Origin: the human T2T-CHM13v2.0 reference genome, Homo sapiens
Direction: 5' to 3' (one strand)
DNA length: 64,000 nucleotides
Assembly: GCF_009914755.1 (NCBI RefSeq)
Contig: NC_060925.1
The notes under the pieces: generated by a model
Told to the model about the DNA's origin: nothing
Database searches by the model: none
What the model saw: only the letters and a program-made list of their open reading frames with translations
Part shown: piece by piece, positions 18,131 to 35,946 of the stretch
Layout: every line of letters begins with the position of its first letter
Numbering within the stretch: position 1 is the stretch's first letter
Made by a program: the position numbers and the translations under genes

Positions 18131-18504
18131 CGCGTGGTCATTTAGGAGCCCTGCTGTTTTGAGACCCCACAGAGAAAGTGTGGGTGTTCCGTGTTCCTCT
18201 TACTGATTTATTTATTTTACGTTGTCTTCTGGTCATGTGCTGTTCCTGCCTGAAGTCCAGTCTGTGGGGCTGGTGAGAGGGCCATGAAGGAGATTTCTGG
18301 ATGAGGTCCTGGTCCCCCTGCCTCCCTCTGGCCCCATGTCTCTGGGTCTGTTCCCCTCCCATGCTCTCGCTTGCTCAGACCTGGCTGTTAGATTCAGTAT
18401 GTGGCCTCAGGAAGTCCCCCGTCTCCTGCTTCACGACACTGTCTTGGTGCTGAGAGCTTGAAGGGCTCCCACTCTGATAATAACTTCCAAATGGACTCTC
18501 ACGT

Positions 18505-18670
18505 CAGCCCAGTCTAGGGGTTTGGAGTCAACGGCTTTTTCACAGTGTGACTTTGGGCAGAGAACGCAACCTCTCTGAGCTCAGTTTTCACTTGCAAAAT
18601 GGGTGTAACAACATCTTCCCCTAGAGATTACGTATTCAGTTAGAGGACACATGAAAGCGTTCCAGAGTGT
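18505..18670 (+). mobile_element. MIR
   Basis: gtgtgactttgggcag...ctctctgagctcagttttcacttgcaaaatggg. Confidence 0.75.
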
Positions 18671-19296
18671 TCCTCTCGCGCCTCTGTCTTTCTCTCTGTT
18701 CTCAGCTTCTCTCACCTTCCTCAGAAGTCCCCAGACTGAAGTGAGCTTTATTTACATTTCAGAAGAAACACCAGACTCTGGGTCTAGATATCATCTCTTC
18801 CCAGTTTCCCAGGAGCGTAGCCTGGGGTCCTCCTGTCTGGCAGCCTCTGCGCCCTGGCTGTGTGGCTGAGCTGCCTCTCCCTACCCTCTCTCCCTTCCTC
18901 CTCTTCACCTCTGCCCTCTCCGTCTCTCCCCGGCTCTCCCAGGCCTCAGCCCTCTGCTGCTGTTTGCCAGTTTCCTCCTGGTTTCCAGCACACATCGTCG
19001 TTGCTACTTTTGATTACATTCCCAGTCTCTTTTCAAGTTTATTTCCCTTAGGTCTTCTGACTTGCTTGGAGCCAGGAGGGAGCAGAAGTGGCTTGAACCT
19101 CTGGGGAAGGCTGGTGAGTTGGGGGATGATGGAGGAGGTGGGGGAGAGGGGCCATTCCCACTTCCCACTTTGGGAGGAGGCACTCCAGTACCTTCCTGAT
19201 GTCCTGTCCAATATTCATATTCTGGAGCGGGGGGCGCTGAGCGCTGAGCTAAGCCATTGTCTCAGATGTTCATGCTCCAACTCCTGCCCAGCCCCT

Positions 19297-19708
<412 letters not shown>

Positions 19709-19869
19709 GAGGGCGTGTCCTCAGGTCCAGCCCCCACTCTGTCTGTCTGGGTACTTGGGTAGCCTTTGGCAGCTCCGGCAGCCTCTGATCATGAAACACT
19801 CTTTGTCAGAGTTGGGAAGCATCTTAAAAGGCCCCGATCAGGCAGCATCTTCACTTTAAAAACAATATC

Positions 19870-20056
19870 ATTTTTATTTCAATAGGTTTAGGGGTATAAA
19901 TGGTTTTTGGTTACATGGATGAGAGTGGTAAAGTCTGGGCTTTTGGTGTATCTGTCACCTGAATAGTGTACACTGTACCCAACAGGTAATTTCTCATCCC
20001 TACCCCACGTCCCCTTCCCCCCTCTGAGTCTGCAGTGTCTGTGTTGCCACTCTGTA
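19870..20056 (-). mobile_element. L1PB-like 3' end fragment
   Basis: ttcaatagg...tggtttttggttacatggatga...gtgtacactgtacccaa. Confidence 0.8.
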
Positions 20057-20203
20057 GCATTTCAGCTTCATGGCTGTGGACTTTGCGCTGGCTCATCAGC
20101 CATCCTGAATGTCACGTTCCTTAGGGCCCCTCTGATGGGGCACATTCATAAGTGTTAGAGATGATGTATTCGAAGTGCAGGGTTAGTACCCCCCAAATAG
20201 TAG

Positions 20204-20884
<681 letters not shown>

Positions 20885-20899
20885 CCTTGTGTTTTCTTA

Positions 20900-21280
<381 letters not shown>

Positions 21281-21759
21281 TTATGCAAGTGCCTTCTTTG
21301 TTTAGCCAGTTGTGCTGGTCCTTGGAACACAGGCAGAAGGAGATTTCAAAGAGCTAGTGAGATCCCAGGGCAGAGGAGAAGAACAAGCGGAGGGGAAGAG
21401 AGGAGAAAGAAGGGCAGAGGGAGCCCAGTAGGAAGAGTCCAGCCACGTGGTGGTGGGCTACAACTGGGTGAGAAATGAGACCAAGGTATTTTCAAGAAGA
21501 GGATGCCAAATGCTGCATTTTCTGCAATGTCAGCCTCCTCCGTCTCCAAACCGTCAGAGAAGTTGTTCCTCACCATGAAGTGCCCTGGGGGCTTTCAGTT
21601 TCCCCTGTCGAGAGCCAGGAGAGGAATCTCATGCAGAACAGGGCAAAGCAGAAAAAAACGAGGTGCGTAGAGAAAATGAAAGAGGCACCCGTCTTTTGCC
21701 ACTGACATGCCCCCACAAAACTGCCAGGAATATTGAATCATTTGACTCCTTTTTTAAAG

Positions 21760-22570
21760 AGTCTTTTCCTCTTTTATTTTGAGATTTTGAACATTTCAAA
21801 CCTCAGAAAAGTTGAAAGAGCAGTCCATCAAACATCTGTGTATCCTGCACGTGGGTGCACCCATTGTGAACGTTGGCCACTTTTACTTTCTCTCCTTCTT
21901 TCCTTTCTTCTGATTATCTGGAAGTGAATTGCAGACATCTGATTCTCCATCCCTAAATAATCAGCACATGTCTTCTATGAGCAAGGATCTTCTCCTCCAT
22001 AACCATAATGATATAATTATCATACCCAAGGACCTAACACGGATGTAATAATGTTATCTAACGTTCTGCTCATATTCACATTTCCCCAATTGTTCTAAAA
22101 ATGTCAGTTATAGCTGGTTTTCTCCCATTCAGGAGCCACTTAAGGATCGTGCATTGCATTTAATTGTCATGTCTCTTTAGTCTCCTTTCATCTAGTCTTT
22201 TGGTCTTTCTTGTAATTGACATTTTTGAAGAGTCCATATCAGATGTCTTGTAAAACGCCCAGCAACCTGAATGTCGATTGTTTCCTCATGATTCAATTCA
22301 GTCCTTACATTTTTGGTGAGAATATTAAATAGAAGATGTCTTGCACTTCTCATTACGTTACCCAAGGAGGCATGTAATGTCAGCTTGTCCTATTTCTGGT
22401 GACCCTACATTTGATCACGTGGTGTCTGCTAGATTTCTCCTTTGAAGGTATCTTTTCCCTTTTGTAATGAATAAGTAATCTGTGGTGATATTGTTAGACT
22501 TGTGAACATATTACTGCATCCATTGATGATCCTTGCCTGGATCACTTGTTACACCGGGAATTGCAAAACT
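21760..22570 (-). mobile_element. Old L1 (L1MC/ME-like) 3' fragment
   Basis: tttcaaacctcagaaaagttgaaaga, catattcacatttccccaattg, attgcatttaattgtcatgtctctttagtctcc. Confidence 0.75.
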
Positions 22571-22861
22571 CATTTGCCTCTGGGAGGGCCAGAGCGTCTG
22601 CTGGCACGTGGCTTACATGCGTGGCCATGTAAGCTCCTCCATGCACTGGCCCAGGTAGGTGGTTTCCTGAATGTGACAGCCAAGTGTCTCCAACGGCCTG
22701 TCTTAGCCCCTTCTGATCAGTCTTGCTTTTTGATGTCCTTGACAGAGGAACTGGCTTCTCTGGCCAGAGAGCTGGTCTTTTACCACCTGGAGAAACTTGG
22801 ACCCCTGGGAGAGCTCAGTTGAATGGCTGCTAGTTCACTAGTTCAGCCACTGGTGGCTAGG

Positions 22862-22912
22862 AGTGTGTGTGTGTGTGCGTGTGTGTGCGCGCACATGCAG
22901 GCACACATACAC
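22862..22912. repeat. (TG)n/(CG) alternating purine-pyrimidine tract
   Basis: gtgtgtgtgtgtgtgcgtgtgtgtgcgcgcacatgcaggcacacatacac. Confidence 0.85.
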
Positions 22913-23198
22913 TGGGTGGGAGGGGCATCTGGGTACTTGGAACCCGGAGGCACATATCCGCTCTGTGCCCAGGAGCTGCAGGGTGCTGGGCTCTAGCCTT
23001 GGTTTCCATGGCAATGGGCAATCTCCTTCTTCATTCTGCTCCTCTCTGAACCAGCTGACAGCAATGGGGCTTTGGGGCAGAGACACAAGACGGGGAGCGG
23101 GCTTCACCAGACCCTCCGTGAATATCTTGGAGATGAGAAGTCTGAGCAACTGCTTCCCTCACCATACTACAGAATGACTTTTCCAGGGACTCTGGTGT

Positions 23199-23213
23199 CC
23201 GCCACCTACTGCA
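23199..23213 (-). promoter_or_regulatory. Candidate CTCF motif
   Basis: Minus strand TGCAGTAGGTGGCGG is close to the CCASYAGRKGGCRS core; sequence match only. Confidence 0.3.
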
Positions 23214-23359
23214 GAATGTACTCTTCCATCAGCAAGGTCTATGACAACATCAAGGTGGCAGTGGGGCCCAGCTTCTTCCTTGTGAATTCCACTGAATCTG
23301 TTAAACAGATTCAGATCTGTAGTTTCTTGATCTGCTGCCTACATTGTCTTGATCTATTT

Positions 23360-23490
23360 GCATATATTATCTGTCTTGCAACACCTTTTTGAGGCGGGTG
23401 TTATTATTATTCCCATTTTATAGGTATAGAAACTGAAGCTCCTAGGGTCACGTGGATAGTAAGGGGTGAGGCCAGAACTCGAACTCAAGG
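23360..23490 (-). mobile_element. MIR
   Basis: ttattattattcccattttataggtatagaaactgaagctc. Confidence 0.75.
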
Positions 23491-23734
23491 TAACAGTGTG
23501 GTATAACATATAAGAGTGTGAGCTGCAAAGACAGGCTGGTGCCGGTTTCAAATCCTGACTCTTTCACTTATTAGCGGGGTGATTTTGGCAAAGATAGAGA
23601 CTCCCAGGTGGCTGAGGTGGGGCCTCTCCAGGGCCCAAGATCTGCTATGAGACTTATACGTTTAGACGCTTCATGTTCTCAGTGTCCCCAAAGCTCTCAA
23701 GGGGACTTACACCAACAAAAGTCCCCAGAGGAGT

Positions 23735-24448
<714 letters not shown>

Positions 24449-25264
24449 CGAGTGATCAATTTACAGTGAGAAAAAAGCTCTTCCAATGACCCTGATTTCT
24501 ACTCACTCACCACCTAGGACACCTGGACTGAGGATTCACCGGAGGTCATGGCTGAGTGTGGAGCGGGCATGGTCATGCTCTGGGAGGTGTTGACTCCAGG
24601 CAGGGATGAGCCTGGTGTGCAAGCCCTACCCACAACCTGATGCCCATGCTGGCAGACCCAGTGCCCCTCCTTCTCTCCAGGTCAGCACAGGTCGAACACT
24701 CCACGTATAACAGGCAGGGCATAGCACCACTGGTTAGATTTGGCTCTCCAACCCTATGGAGACACTTTCAGATGTGTCCCTCAGCCTGAGAGCCACACTG
24801 CCCTCCTGATCGGATGCAGGACACACCTGGCCCCCTTTCTTTCCGACAACAGTGACCCACCATCTCTAAAGAGGGTGCACCTGCCTGCTCTCATATGCCA
24901 GCCAATTCTGCTGACGTTGAAGGGTGACATGCCCTGTCCCCAGACCCTGGGTCCTGTGGATGGTGGGGCAGATGGGCTGCTCCCTTTTGGGCCCTCTGCC
25001 CAGCAGACCCAGCCTATCCTGGCTCCCTTTTTCGACTCTGGCTGCTCTTCCCTTGGCTCAGGTCATGGAGTTGTGATCACAGAACTCCAGCCCCAAAGTT
25101 GCAATTCTTTCCTCCACTTTTTTGGCTCTGGTTTTCCCAGGTACTTGTGAGAAGTGAAGCTCAATGTCATATTTTGGTAATGTAATGTCAGCTCAGGAAT
25201 TATATGGGCATTGGAAGGGATGCCATCAGTGTGAAGGTGAACTTTTCCACACTGCAAAAATTCA

Positions 25265-25573
<309 letters not shown>

Positions 25574-25614
25574 TTACCCATCCACCCATCCATTTGTCTA
25601 CCCAAAACCCATCT

Positions 25615-25936
25615 ATAGTAGTCTCTCCTTATCTGTGGAGGACACGTTCCAAGACCTCAGTGGACACCTGAAACCTCTGATAACACTGAGCCAGTTACAC
25701 ATACACACACAATATGTTTTTTCCTAGACCTGTGTACTTATGATAAAGTTGAATTTATCAATTAGGCATAGTAAGAGATTAACAACAACTGATAAAAAAT
25801 AGAACAATTAAACAATATACCATAATAAAAGTTATGTGAATGTGCTCTCTGTCTCTCAGAATATCCTATTATACTGTATCACACGTAACTGTAATCTCAG
25901 AAAGCGAAACCACAGGTGGATAAGGGGCAATTACTG
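25615..25936 (-). mobile_element. MER44A-like TcMar-Tigger non-autonomous element
   Basis: Terminal inverted repeats tagtagtctctccttatctg / ggataaggggcaattactg with TA flanks. Confidence 0.8.
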
Positions 25937-26260
25937 TATTCCAGGAACTCTGCTAGGCATTGGAGATAAGGAAACGAATAAGAGATATTTCCTTTGCTCA
26001 AGAAGCCATGGGTAAACGGCAGTTACACCCCAGGGCCATACGTGCTGTGAGAGGGAAGAGGCCAGCGGTCTGTGGGAGCTTAGGAAGGGCGGCTCCCCCA
26101 ACCTGGGACAAGAGTGGCGTGGAAACCTTCCAGCTAGAGGCAGTTTTTCAGCTGAGACCTGAAGGGTGAGTGGGAGCTATTGGTGGAGTGTGCCGAGAGG
26201 AAGGGAGAGATACCTGGAGAGGGAGAAACAGTACGAGAGCCTGGAGGCCAGAGCATGGGA
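25937..26260 (-). mobile_element. L2 fragment
   Basis: ccaggaactctgctaggcattggagata...tttttcagctgagacctgaaggg. Confidence 0.6.
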
Positions 26261-26894
26261 TGTTCGCAGTGCTGCAGGTAGCTGGGTATGGCTGTGGCGT
26301 CAAAGGCGGGCAACGGGATGCCACGAGGGGAGGGGTGGGCGAGACCCATGGGGCTGATCTACCTGAGATGCTAATGGCGTCTCCCCTCTGAAAGTTTCAT
26401 GTGTTTTTGGTTTGCTCAAGGAGGCTGGGAAAAGAAAACAATTCCTTACCATGTGACCCCAGCAGCCCAGAGAGGGTGAGCGCCTGACAAAAGCCCCACA
26501 GCCATTCTTCAGCAGGTCTCTGACTTCCAGCCCAGTCTTTGCCCCAGGCCTGGCTTGCCCTTGAAACTACCCAACGATCTGAGAGCTCCCCGCAGCCTGT
26601 CCCACTGGAAGAAGCAGTAGGGGCCATGTGCCCACTCCCTGGGCACCCTGTAACTCAGCTCAGCCTCTCTCCCTCGGCTCTCTCGGCTCTGTCGGCCATG
26701 CCTTTGATGAGGAGGTCCGGCTGCTTAGTCACTGGGGCCAGCACAGGCAGCCCCTCGCTGTGGAGCATCCCTCCAGTGGAGCACAACATTTCCTCCAGGT
26801 CTCTGGGGCATGCTCCCCGACTCCCCTAGAAGGCTCCAGCAGGGTTTGGTGCTGGTCAGGAGGTCCAGGGGGGCTGGCTGCATCTTGTATTTGA

Positions 26895-27045
26895 GTTGCA
26901 CGTTGTGTTTGTGTATGTACGTTGCATAGTGCACTTGGCATGGGTTTGCTGGGTGTGTAGTATGAGGGGTGGATTGTGTGTTGCCCATGTGTGGTTTGTG
27001 TATGTGTGAACTGGGTGGTTTGTGGGTCTTACAGGGCACATGCGT
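26895..27045. repeat. Degenerate TG-rich low-complexity tract
   Basis: tgtgtttgtgtatg...gtgtggtttgtgtatgtgtg. Confidence 0.6.
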
Positions 27046-27389
27046 GCTCCACCCTTTATTCGTTCAGGCTGCAGGAAAGCCAGCCTCTGGGGCCCACTCT
27101 GCTCAGGCCGGGACTGGACCTAGCGTTTGGGGAAGTATGAGCTGCCCACCCTTTCAGCAGAGCCCTTGGTGGGCAAAATGGCCATTATGGTTGACTCTGT
27201 GGGGCCAGTTCAGGGGACCCAAGGCCTGATGACCAGTTTCCAGTGGGGTGTTATTCCACTCAGGCGGGTCAAGGGAGAGGGCAGGAGAAAGAGGAGAGGG
27301 AGCTGGGCGGGGGCGAGCATGGGGCCTCCTAGGGAAGGGCAGGGATGGCAAGAGGTGAAACAGCTTGGGCATCGCTGGACCGGGAATTC

Positions 27390-28040
27390 ACCTCCTAACT
27401 CCTCAGCTCCTTCAAGTCTTTGTGCAAATGTCACCTTCTCAAAGAGGCCTCCCCTCCCCTCCTGATTCAAGATCACAACTTCGCACCTCACTTCCACCGT
27501 CCTAACTCTCCCCTGCTTTGTCTTCTTTTTGCTGACATAGTCTGTGCCCTCTTCTAACCACCGTATAATTTACTCATTTATTATGTGATTCTTTATTGTC
27601 TGTCTCCTCTCACCCCACCCCAACACTGGGATTATTTTGTCGGTTTTGTTCATAGACAGATCCCACATGCCTGCGGTGACCGCTTCGTGGGCCCTCAAGA
27701 AATATTTGTGGGGCCGGGTGTAGAGGCTCACACCTGTAATCCCAGCACTTTGGGAGGCTGGGGCTAGCGGATCACCTGAGGTCAGGAGTTCGAGACCAGC
27801 CTGGCCAACATGGCAAAACCCCGTCTCTACTAAAAATAGAAAAATTAGCCAGGCGTGGTGGCAAGTGCCTGTAATCCCAGCTACTCAGCAGGCTGAGGCA
27901 GGAGAATCGCTTGAACCTGGGAGGTGGAGGTTACAGTGAGCCAAGATCATGCCATTGCACTCCAGCCTGGGCGACAGAGCGAAACTCTGTCTCAAAAAAA
28001 GCGAAATATTTGCGGATTGAATGCACGCGTGAATGAACAG
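27390..28040 (+). mobile_element. L2 3' end split by an Alu
   Basis: caaatgtcaccttctcaaagaggcct...gaaatatttg|...gaatgaac. Confidence 0.8.
27712..28000 (+). mobile_element. Alu (AluSx-like)
   Basis: TSD gaaatatttgtgg / gaaatatttgcgg. Confidence 0.95.
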
Positions 28041-29175
28041 TGTCTGCCCCTGGGAGGGCGGGCTTGGGTCTGGGGTGCTCCAAGTGTGTCCCTGAGCATC
28101 TCCTTGGACCGTGGGAGCGGGGCCTCCCAGCCTGAGCTTGGGACAGCTGGTGGGCAGCAGGTGGTGAAGCGGGCGGGGGCTGCCACTCCATGTCCCCTGC
28201 CACGGACCCACCTTCCACTGCCTCAGATGCCATGCCCGACTGGACACTGGCTGGTATCCTCTTCCCCAGGCCAGCCCTGGACCCAGCGGGCAGCATCTTG
28301 GCATCCTCCTTCCTGGCCCTGGAGGGTGTGAAGCCAGCTCTGGGCTTCCCGGGAAGTGTGTGCCTGTCCCCTTCCTCTTGCAGCCAACCCTGCTCCAGTG
28401 CCCCCTCCTCTGAGGCTTGTCTGTGTTAAACTGCCCGGAGGGGTCTCTGTCCCAGCTGCACAGCCTCTGGGGAAACCTCTCAGAAGCTTCTGGAGAGGCC
28501 CAGCGGCTGTGGCGGGTGTGATGAGACCTTTTTCCAGGGCTCCTGCCCAGCAACAGGAACCTTCCTTCCCAACACAGCCACGTGGTGTCCTCCTGACAGG
28601 CGGGGGAGGGACAGATGGTTCCCTATGTACCGGCATCCTCTGTCTTGTGTCTCAGGGGGTGCCTTCGCTGGCCAGGGCCTGCACTTTCCAGTGTCCTGGG
28701 AGTGTGGATCAGGGACTCTGGAGGCTTCCTTCCCAGGGCTGGTTCCCAATTGGCTTCCCAAATGTCACAGATCCAGACTAAGCGTCTTCACCCTCAACCC
28801 CGTCTCATCAGGCCCAGTGAAGGGTGTCCCGATGGCCCAGGGGCTCAGCTCTAAAGCCCTGGGGTTGTCCTTGACACCTGTCTCTCTCACACGCTGTCTT
28901 TCAAGGAATCCTGGAGGCTCTACCTTCAAATAATCAGAATCCAACAACTTCTTCCCCGCGCTGCTGCCTCTTCCTGGTCAGAGATGCCGCTGACTGTACC
29001 GGGAGCAATGCCCTGGTCTCCTAACTGGTCTCCTGCCTCTACACTTGCCCCCTCCGGTCTGTTAAGTCCACGTCCTGTTCTGGATGTTTCATATAAATGG
29101 AATCACACAATCAGTGGTACTGTGTGACTGGTTTATTTCCTGAGTGCTACATTTTACAACTCCGTGATGTTATTA

Positions 29176-29254
29176 TTTGGTTGGAGCAAAAGTTATTGCA
29201 GTTTTGGCCATTGCTTTTAATGGCAAATCCGCAAGAACGTTTGCATCAACCTAA
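29176..29254. mobile_element. MADE1 (Hsmar1-derived 80-bp MITE)
   Basis: Imperfect palindrome ggttggagcaaaagttattgcagttttggccatt...aatggcaaatccgcaagaacgtttgcatcaacctaa. Confidence 0.88.
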
Positions 29255-29627
29255 ATAAGTAAGCAATGGTTAAACCATACATTCTCAAATGTATTAGAAA
29301 GGAATAATAGTAAATATTTGGAAGACAGTCAGTGGGGCAGGATGCGAGGTAAGAAGAGTGACTGTAGGTCAGGAGTCAGGGGCGTCGGGTTCTAGTCCTG
29401 ATTCTGTCTTTAGCCATGCAACCAAGTGAGCACAGCAACCTCTCTGGGGACACTAATACATTTGTTCAAGCCGCCCAGCAACTAATGGAAAGAGATTACA
29501 GCTAGGACTCTCCTATAAGACTGACAACAGCATGCCTGGGGCAGGCCTGCAACTGAGCACCAGGAGGCAGCCTGGGGACTTCTGCTGCCATCTACCCCAA
29601 AGTATCTCTGGTCTCCCTGGCTAGGAA

Positions 29628-29932
<305 letters not shown>

Positions 29933-29958
29933 CTAGGTCTTTAAGAATTGAGGGGAAG

Positions 29959-30445
<487 letters not shown>

Positions 30446-30459
30446 ACTATGTTCTCTCT

Positions 30460-30739
30460 CTTTTTTTTTTTCCTTTGAGACAGTCTTGCTCTGTCACCCA
30501 GTGGCATGATCTTGGCTCACTGCAACATCTGTCTCCCGGGTTCAAGTGATTCTTCTGCCTCAGCCTCCTGAGTAGCTGAGATTACAGGCTCATGCCACCA
30601 CACCTGGCTAATTTTTGTATTTTTTTTTTAATAGTGATGGGGTTTCACCGTGTTGGCCAGGCTGGTCTTGAACTCCTGACCTCAGGTGATCTGCCCCCCT
30701 TGGCTTCCCAAACTACTGGGATTACAGGCATGCCCGGCC
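30460..30739 (-). mobile_element. Alu with two short internal deletions
   Basis: Junctions tcaccca|gtggc and ggcatg|cccggcc. Confidence 0.9.
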
Positions 30740-31461
30740 CATGTTCTCTCTGGAGGCAAGAAGTCTTTGTCTGAATGAAGACAGGAAGGCTGGAGGAGAG
30801 GCAAGTTCAAAGGCTGAGGCCTTTCAGCCCTGAGGCTGCCCAGGTGGTGTTGAAGACAGGGCACCGGTGTGGGGTGGCAAAGCAGGAACAACTTCTTGCT
30901 TATCCTTTCCGGTTTGGACCACAGTGGTTCCCTGCTGGACTGTCTATTTCAGTGGTGGAAGCCTGCGCTGAGATTTATCGTCGTGTTCCTGCTGCCTGCA
31001 GACCGTGGGAAGGTAAAAAATGTCCTTTTTCAGGCAATAAAATAGAAAATGGAATCCAATTTCTCTCCAGGGTAAGAATCATTATGTTTCACAATGATTG
31101 TAAAGTGTGCAGCAGTGAGGAGTGGGGTGGCTGCTGGAGCCTGGGTGAGGAGGGGGAGGGGGTAGTGCCTGCAAGGTGGCTGTCGACAGTCACCAAAGTG
31201 GGCCTGGAAGGAGCCCAGGAGGCAGGGATGCCACCCCATCTGATGCCTGGGTACCCGCAAGGCCTCCATGTGGCTTCAATGCACATTTATCAAGCACCTG
31301 TGCTGGACAGGGAGAGGTGGGACGGCCACTCTGCTTGCTGCTCCTGGCATGTTGGACAGAGATGAATAAACATGTGTTCAGGTAAATGAAATTGAATTGA
31401 GTGTTAAGGAATTTGGATCTTATCCAGGGTACCAAGAAACCAAGATTTAAGGATTTAAGGT

Positions 31462-31487
31462 TGTGTGTGTGTGCGTGTGTGTGTGTG
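31462..31487. repeat. (TG)n microsatellite
   Basis: tgtgtgtgtgtgcgtgtgtgtgtgtg. Confidence 0.85.
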
Positions 31488-31489
31488 CT

Positions 31490-31925
31490 TACATTTTTTG
31501 AAATATAACTTATAAAATGCACACATCTTAAGTGTCTAGTTTAATAATTTTTTTCACATGGAGGCACCATGTCCACCACGCAGTGAGCTACAGAACATTT
31601 ATAGCACTCCAGAAAGTTCCCTCGTGCCCCTTGCTTATAGATACTCCCCACAATAATCACTGTTGACTCATTCTCGCTTCTTGAACTTCATGTAATTGGA
31701 GTCATCCATTAAGCACACTTCTGAGTTTTCCCTTCTCTTGCTCATCACTATCAGCAAAGTCCACCCACGTTGTTGTGTGTAGCAGGAGCAGTTCACTGTT
31801 TTTCATCGCTGCTTATTGTTCCATGTTATATCACGATTTTTGGATCTTCAATGCTGTTGATGGACATTATGATTTGGGGCTTTGCCTAGTAAAGCTACAG
31901 AGAATGTTCTTGTGTGTCTTTCACT
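31490..31925 (-). mobile_element. Old L1 (L1ME-like) 3' fragment
   Basis: aaaatgcacacatcttaagtgt...ccagaaagttccctcgtgcccctt. Confidence 0.7.
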
Positions 31926-31950
31926 GGACCTAATGAAGAGTTTTAAGTAG

Positions 31951-33500
<1,550 letters not shown>

Positions 33501-33559
33501 CTCTAGCTTTTTATTTTGAATTATTTCAAACCTATTGAAAAGTTAAGACAGTAATACCA

Positions 33560-33982
33560 TGATGGTAAATTGCCTGCTTTCACCACTTTACCTCCCTTTT
33601 ATCCACCCCTTTGGAAGTGCCTTCCCACACTGACTCCGGGCTTGGTCAAGTGACTTGCTTTGACCAATGGGACAGCAACTCAACTGATGCAAGTGGCAGC
33701 TTTATAAAGTGTGTTGTGCATTGCTTTTCCCTCTTCCTCTTTTGGATCTCTGCCACTGCCATGAGGACACTCCCAGGCCCGCCTGCCTGAGGGATGTAGA
33801 GATCTATGGAGGAGAGGTTCATCATACAAGCCATGGGATCCCTAGACCAGTCAGGCTCCAGTGCACCCACTGGTGGATGACAGACCCTTAAGCAAGCCCT
33901 GCCCAGGTTGGTGGAATTGCCTGGCCAGCAACCAGGGGGCTTGCAAGAAATCATAAAAAGCTGTTGTTTTAAGCTTGGGGAT
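33560..33982 (+). mobile_element. MLT1 (MLT1G/H-like) LTR
   Basis: cacactgactccgggcttggtcaagtgacttgctttgaccaatggga...gttgttttaagc. Confidence 0.7.
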
Positions 33983-34290
33983 GATCCCAGTACTTTGGGA
34001 GGCCGAGGCAGGCAGATCGCTTGAGGTCAGGAGTTCGAGACCAGCCTGGCCAACATTGTGAAACCCCATCTCTACTAAAAATACAAAAAATGAGCCGGGC
34101 GTGGTGGCTCATGCCTGTAATCCCAGCTATTCAGGAGGCTGAAGCAGGAGAATCCCTTGAACCCGGGAGACGGAGGTTGCAGTTAGCCAAGATTGTGCCA
34201 CTGCACTCCAGCCTGGGCAACAGAGCGAGACTCTGTCTCAAAAAAAAAAAAAAGAAAACCAACCAAAAAAACAAAAAATAAAAAAAAACA
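33983..34290 (+). mobile_element. 5'-truncated Alu
   Basis: Begins atcccagtactttgggaggcc; long A-rich tail. Confidence 0.93.
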
Positions 34291-34355
34291 ACTGTTACAA
34301 CAATAAACACACATCTATTCTTTACCTAGTATTAACACTTTTCCACATTTGCCTT

Positions 34356-34668
34356 ATTTTTATTTTGTTATTTATTATTATTATTTTTCGAGACAGGGTT
34401 GTACTTTGTTGCCCAGGCTGGAGTGCAGTGGGGGGCAATCATGGCTCACTACAGCCTTGACATCCTGGGGTGAAGTGATCCTCCCACCTCAGCCTCCCGA
34501 GTAGGTGGGACTACAGGTGCAAGCCACCATGCCTGGCTAATTTTTGTATTTTTTGTAGAGACAAGGTCTCGCTATGTTGCCCAGGATGGTTTCAAATTCC
34601 TGGGCTCAAGCAATTCTCCCGCCTTGGCCTCCCAAAGTGCTGGGATTACAGGCATGAGCCACCGTGTC
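34356..34668 (-). mobile_element. Alu (AluJ)
   Basis: atcatggctcactacagccttgac. Confidence 0.92.
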
Positions 34669-34674
34669 TTTCCC

Positions 34675-34960
34675 TCATTTGCCTTATTGCTCTTTTTATA
34701 TTTCTTTCCTTGAAACATTTAAAACTTGCCAGCATCATCACATTTTTATCCTACATACTTTAGCATCTGTCTCTTAAGGACATCCTCCTACGTAACCATA
34801 ACACCATGATTGCATTCAAGACAGTTAATGGTGTTACAATAATATCATCTAATATTGAGTTCATATTCGAATTTCCCCAAGCACCCAAAAACGTCCTTTA
34901 TAGCTGCTTTATTTATTGTTTTAGATCCAGAATCTAATTAGGATCATTCCAGGACATTGC
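34675..34960 (-). mobile_element. Old L1 (L1MC/ME-like) fragment
   Basis: ctcttaaggacatcctcctacgtaaccataacacc...catattcgaatttcccca. Confidence 0.65.
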
Positions 34961-35029
34961 CCGCTTCCGCAGTTCTGTTCCTGCATACAGATATTTGTTG
35001 GCCCATCCCGGTGTCCAGCCAAGAGCACC

Positions 35030-35280
35030 GAGTCAGGGCAGCATGAAGAAGGTGGGCTGGGGAACCACACTGTCTGGGTTCTAATCCCTGCATTTCCACT
35101 TCCCAGCTGTGTGACCCTGGGAGCTTTCCTTTCCCTTCCTGTGCCTTGGGTACCTCACTTATCTGCAAAACAAGCATCATCCACCTCGCAGGGTTATCGT
35201 AAGCATCCAGTGAAGTATCACACACAACATGCTCAGAACAGAGCTGCCTATATTGTAGGTCACTGTGCGTACTTTAGTGA
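35030..35280 (+). mobile_element. MIR
   Basis: ctgggttctaatccctgcatttccacttcccagctgtgtgaccctggg. Confidence 0.8.
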
Positions 35281-35403
35281 TTTTTGTCATGAGACAATTA
35301 CTACTCTTTTTGTTTGTTGATCAAAGTATTTATTGCATAGACCTTTCCAAGCAGTGCTGTTTCATTGGGAAAACTGCCAGGGTTTAGATTCCTGCTCTGA
35401 TAA

Positions 35404-35946
<543 letters not shown>

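Noticed and set aside
23072-23392. 106-aa ORF with protein-like composition
   Set aside because: Non-ATG start, no recognised homology, no clear splice donor; cannot be supported without a search.
27885-28947. Cluster of overlapping ORFs up to 222 aa in GC-rich unique DNA
   Set aside because: Open on both strands owing to GC content; no recognisable protein, and some run into an Alu.
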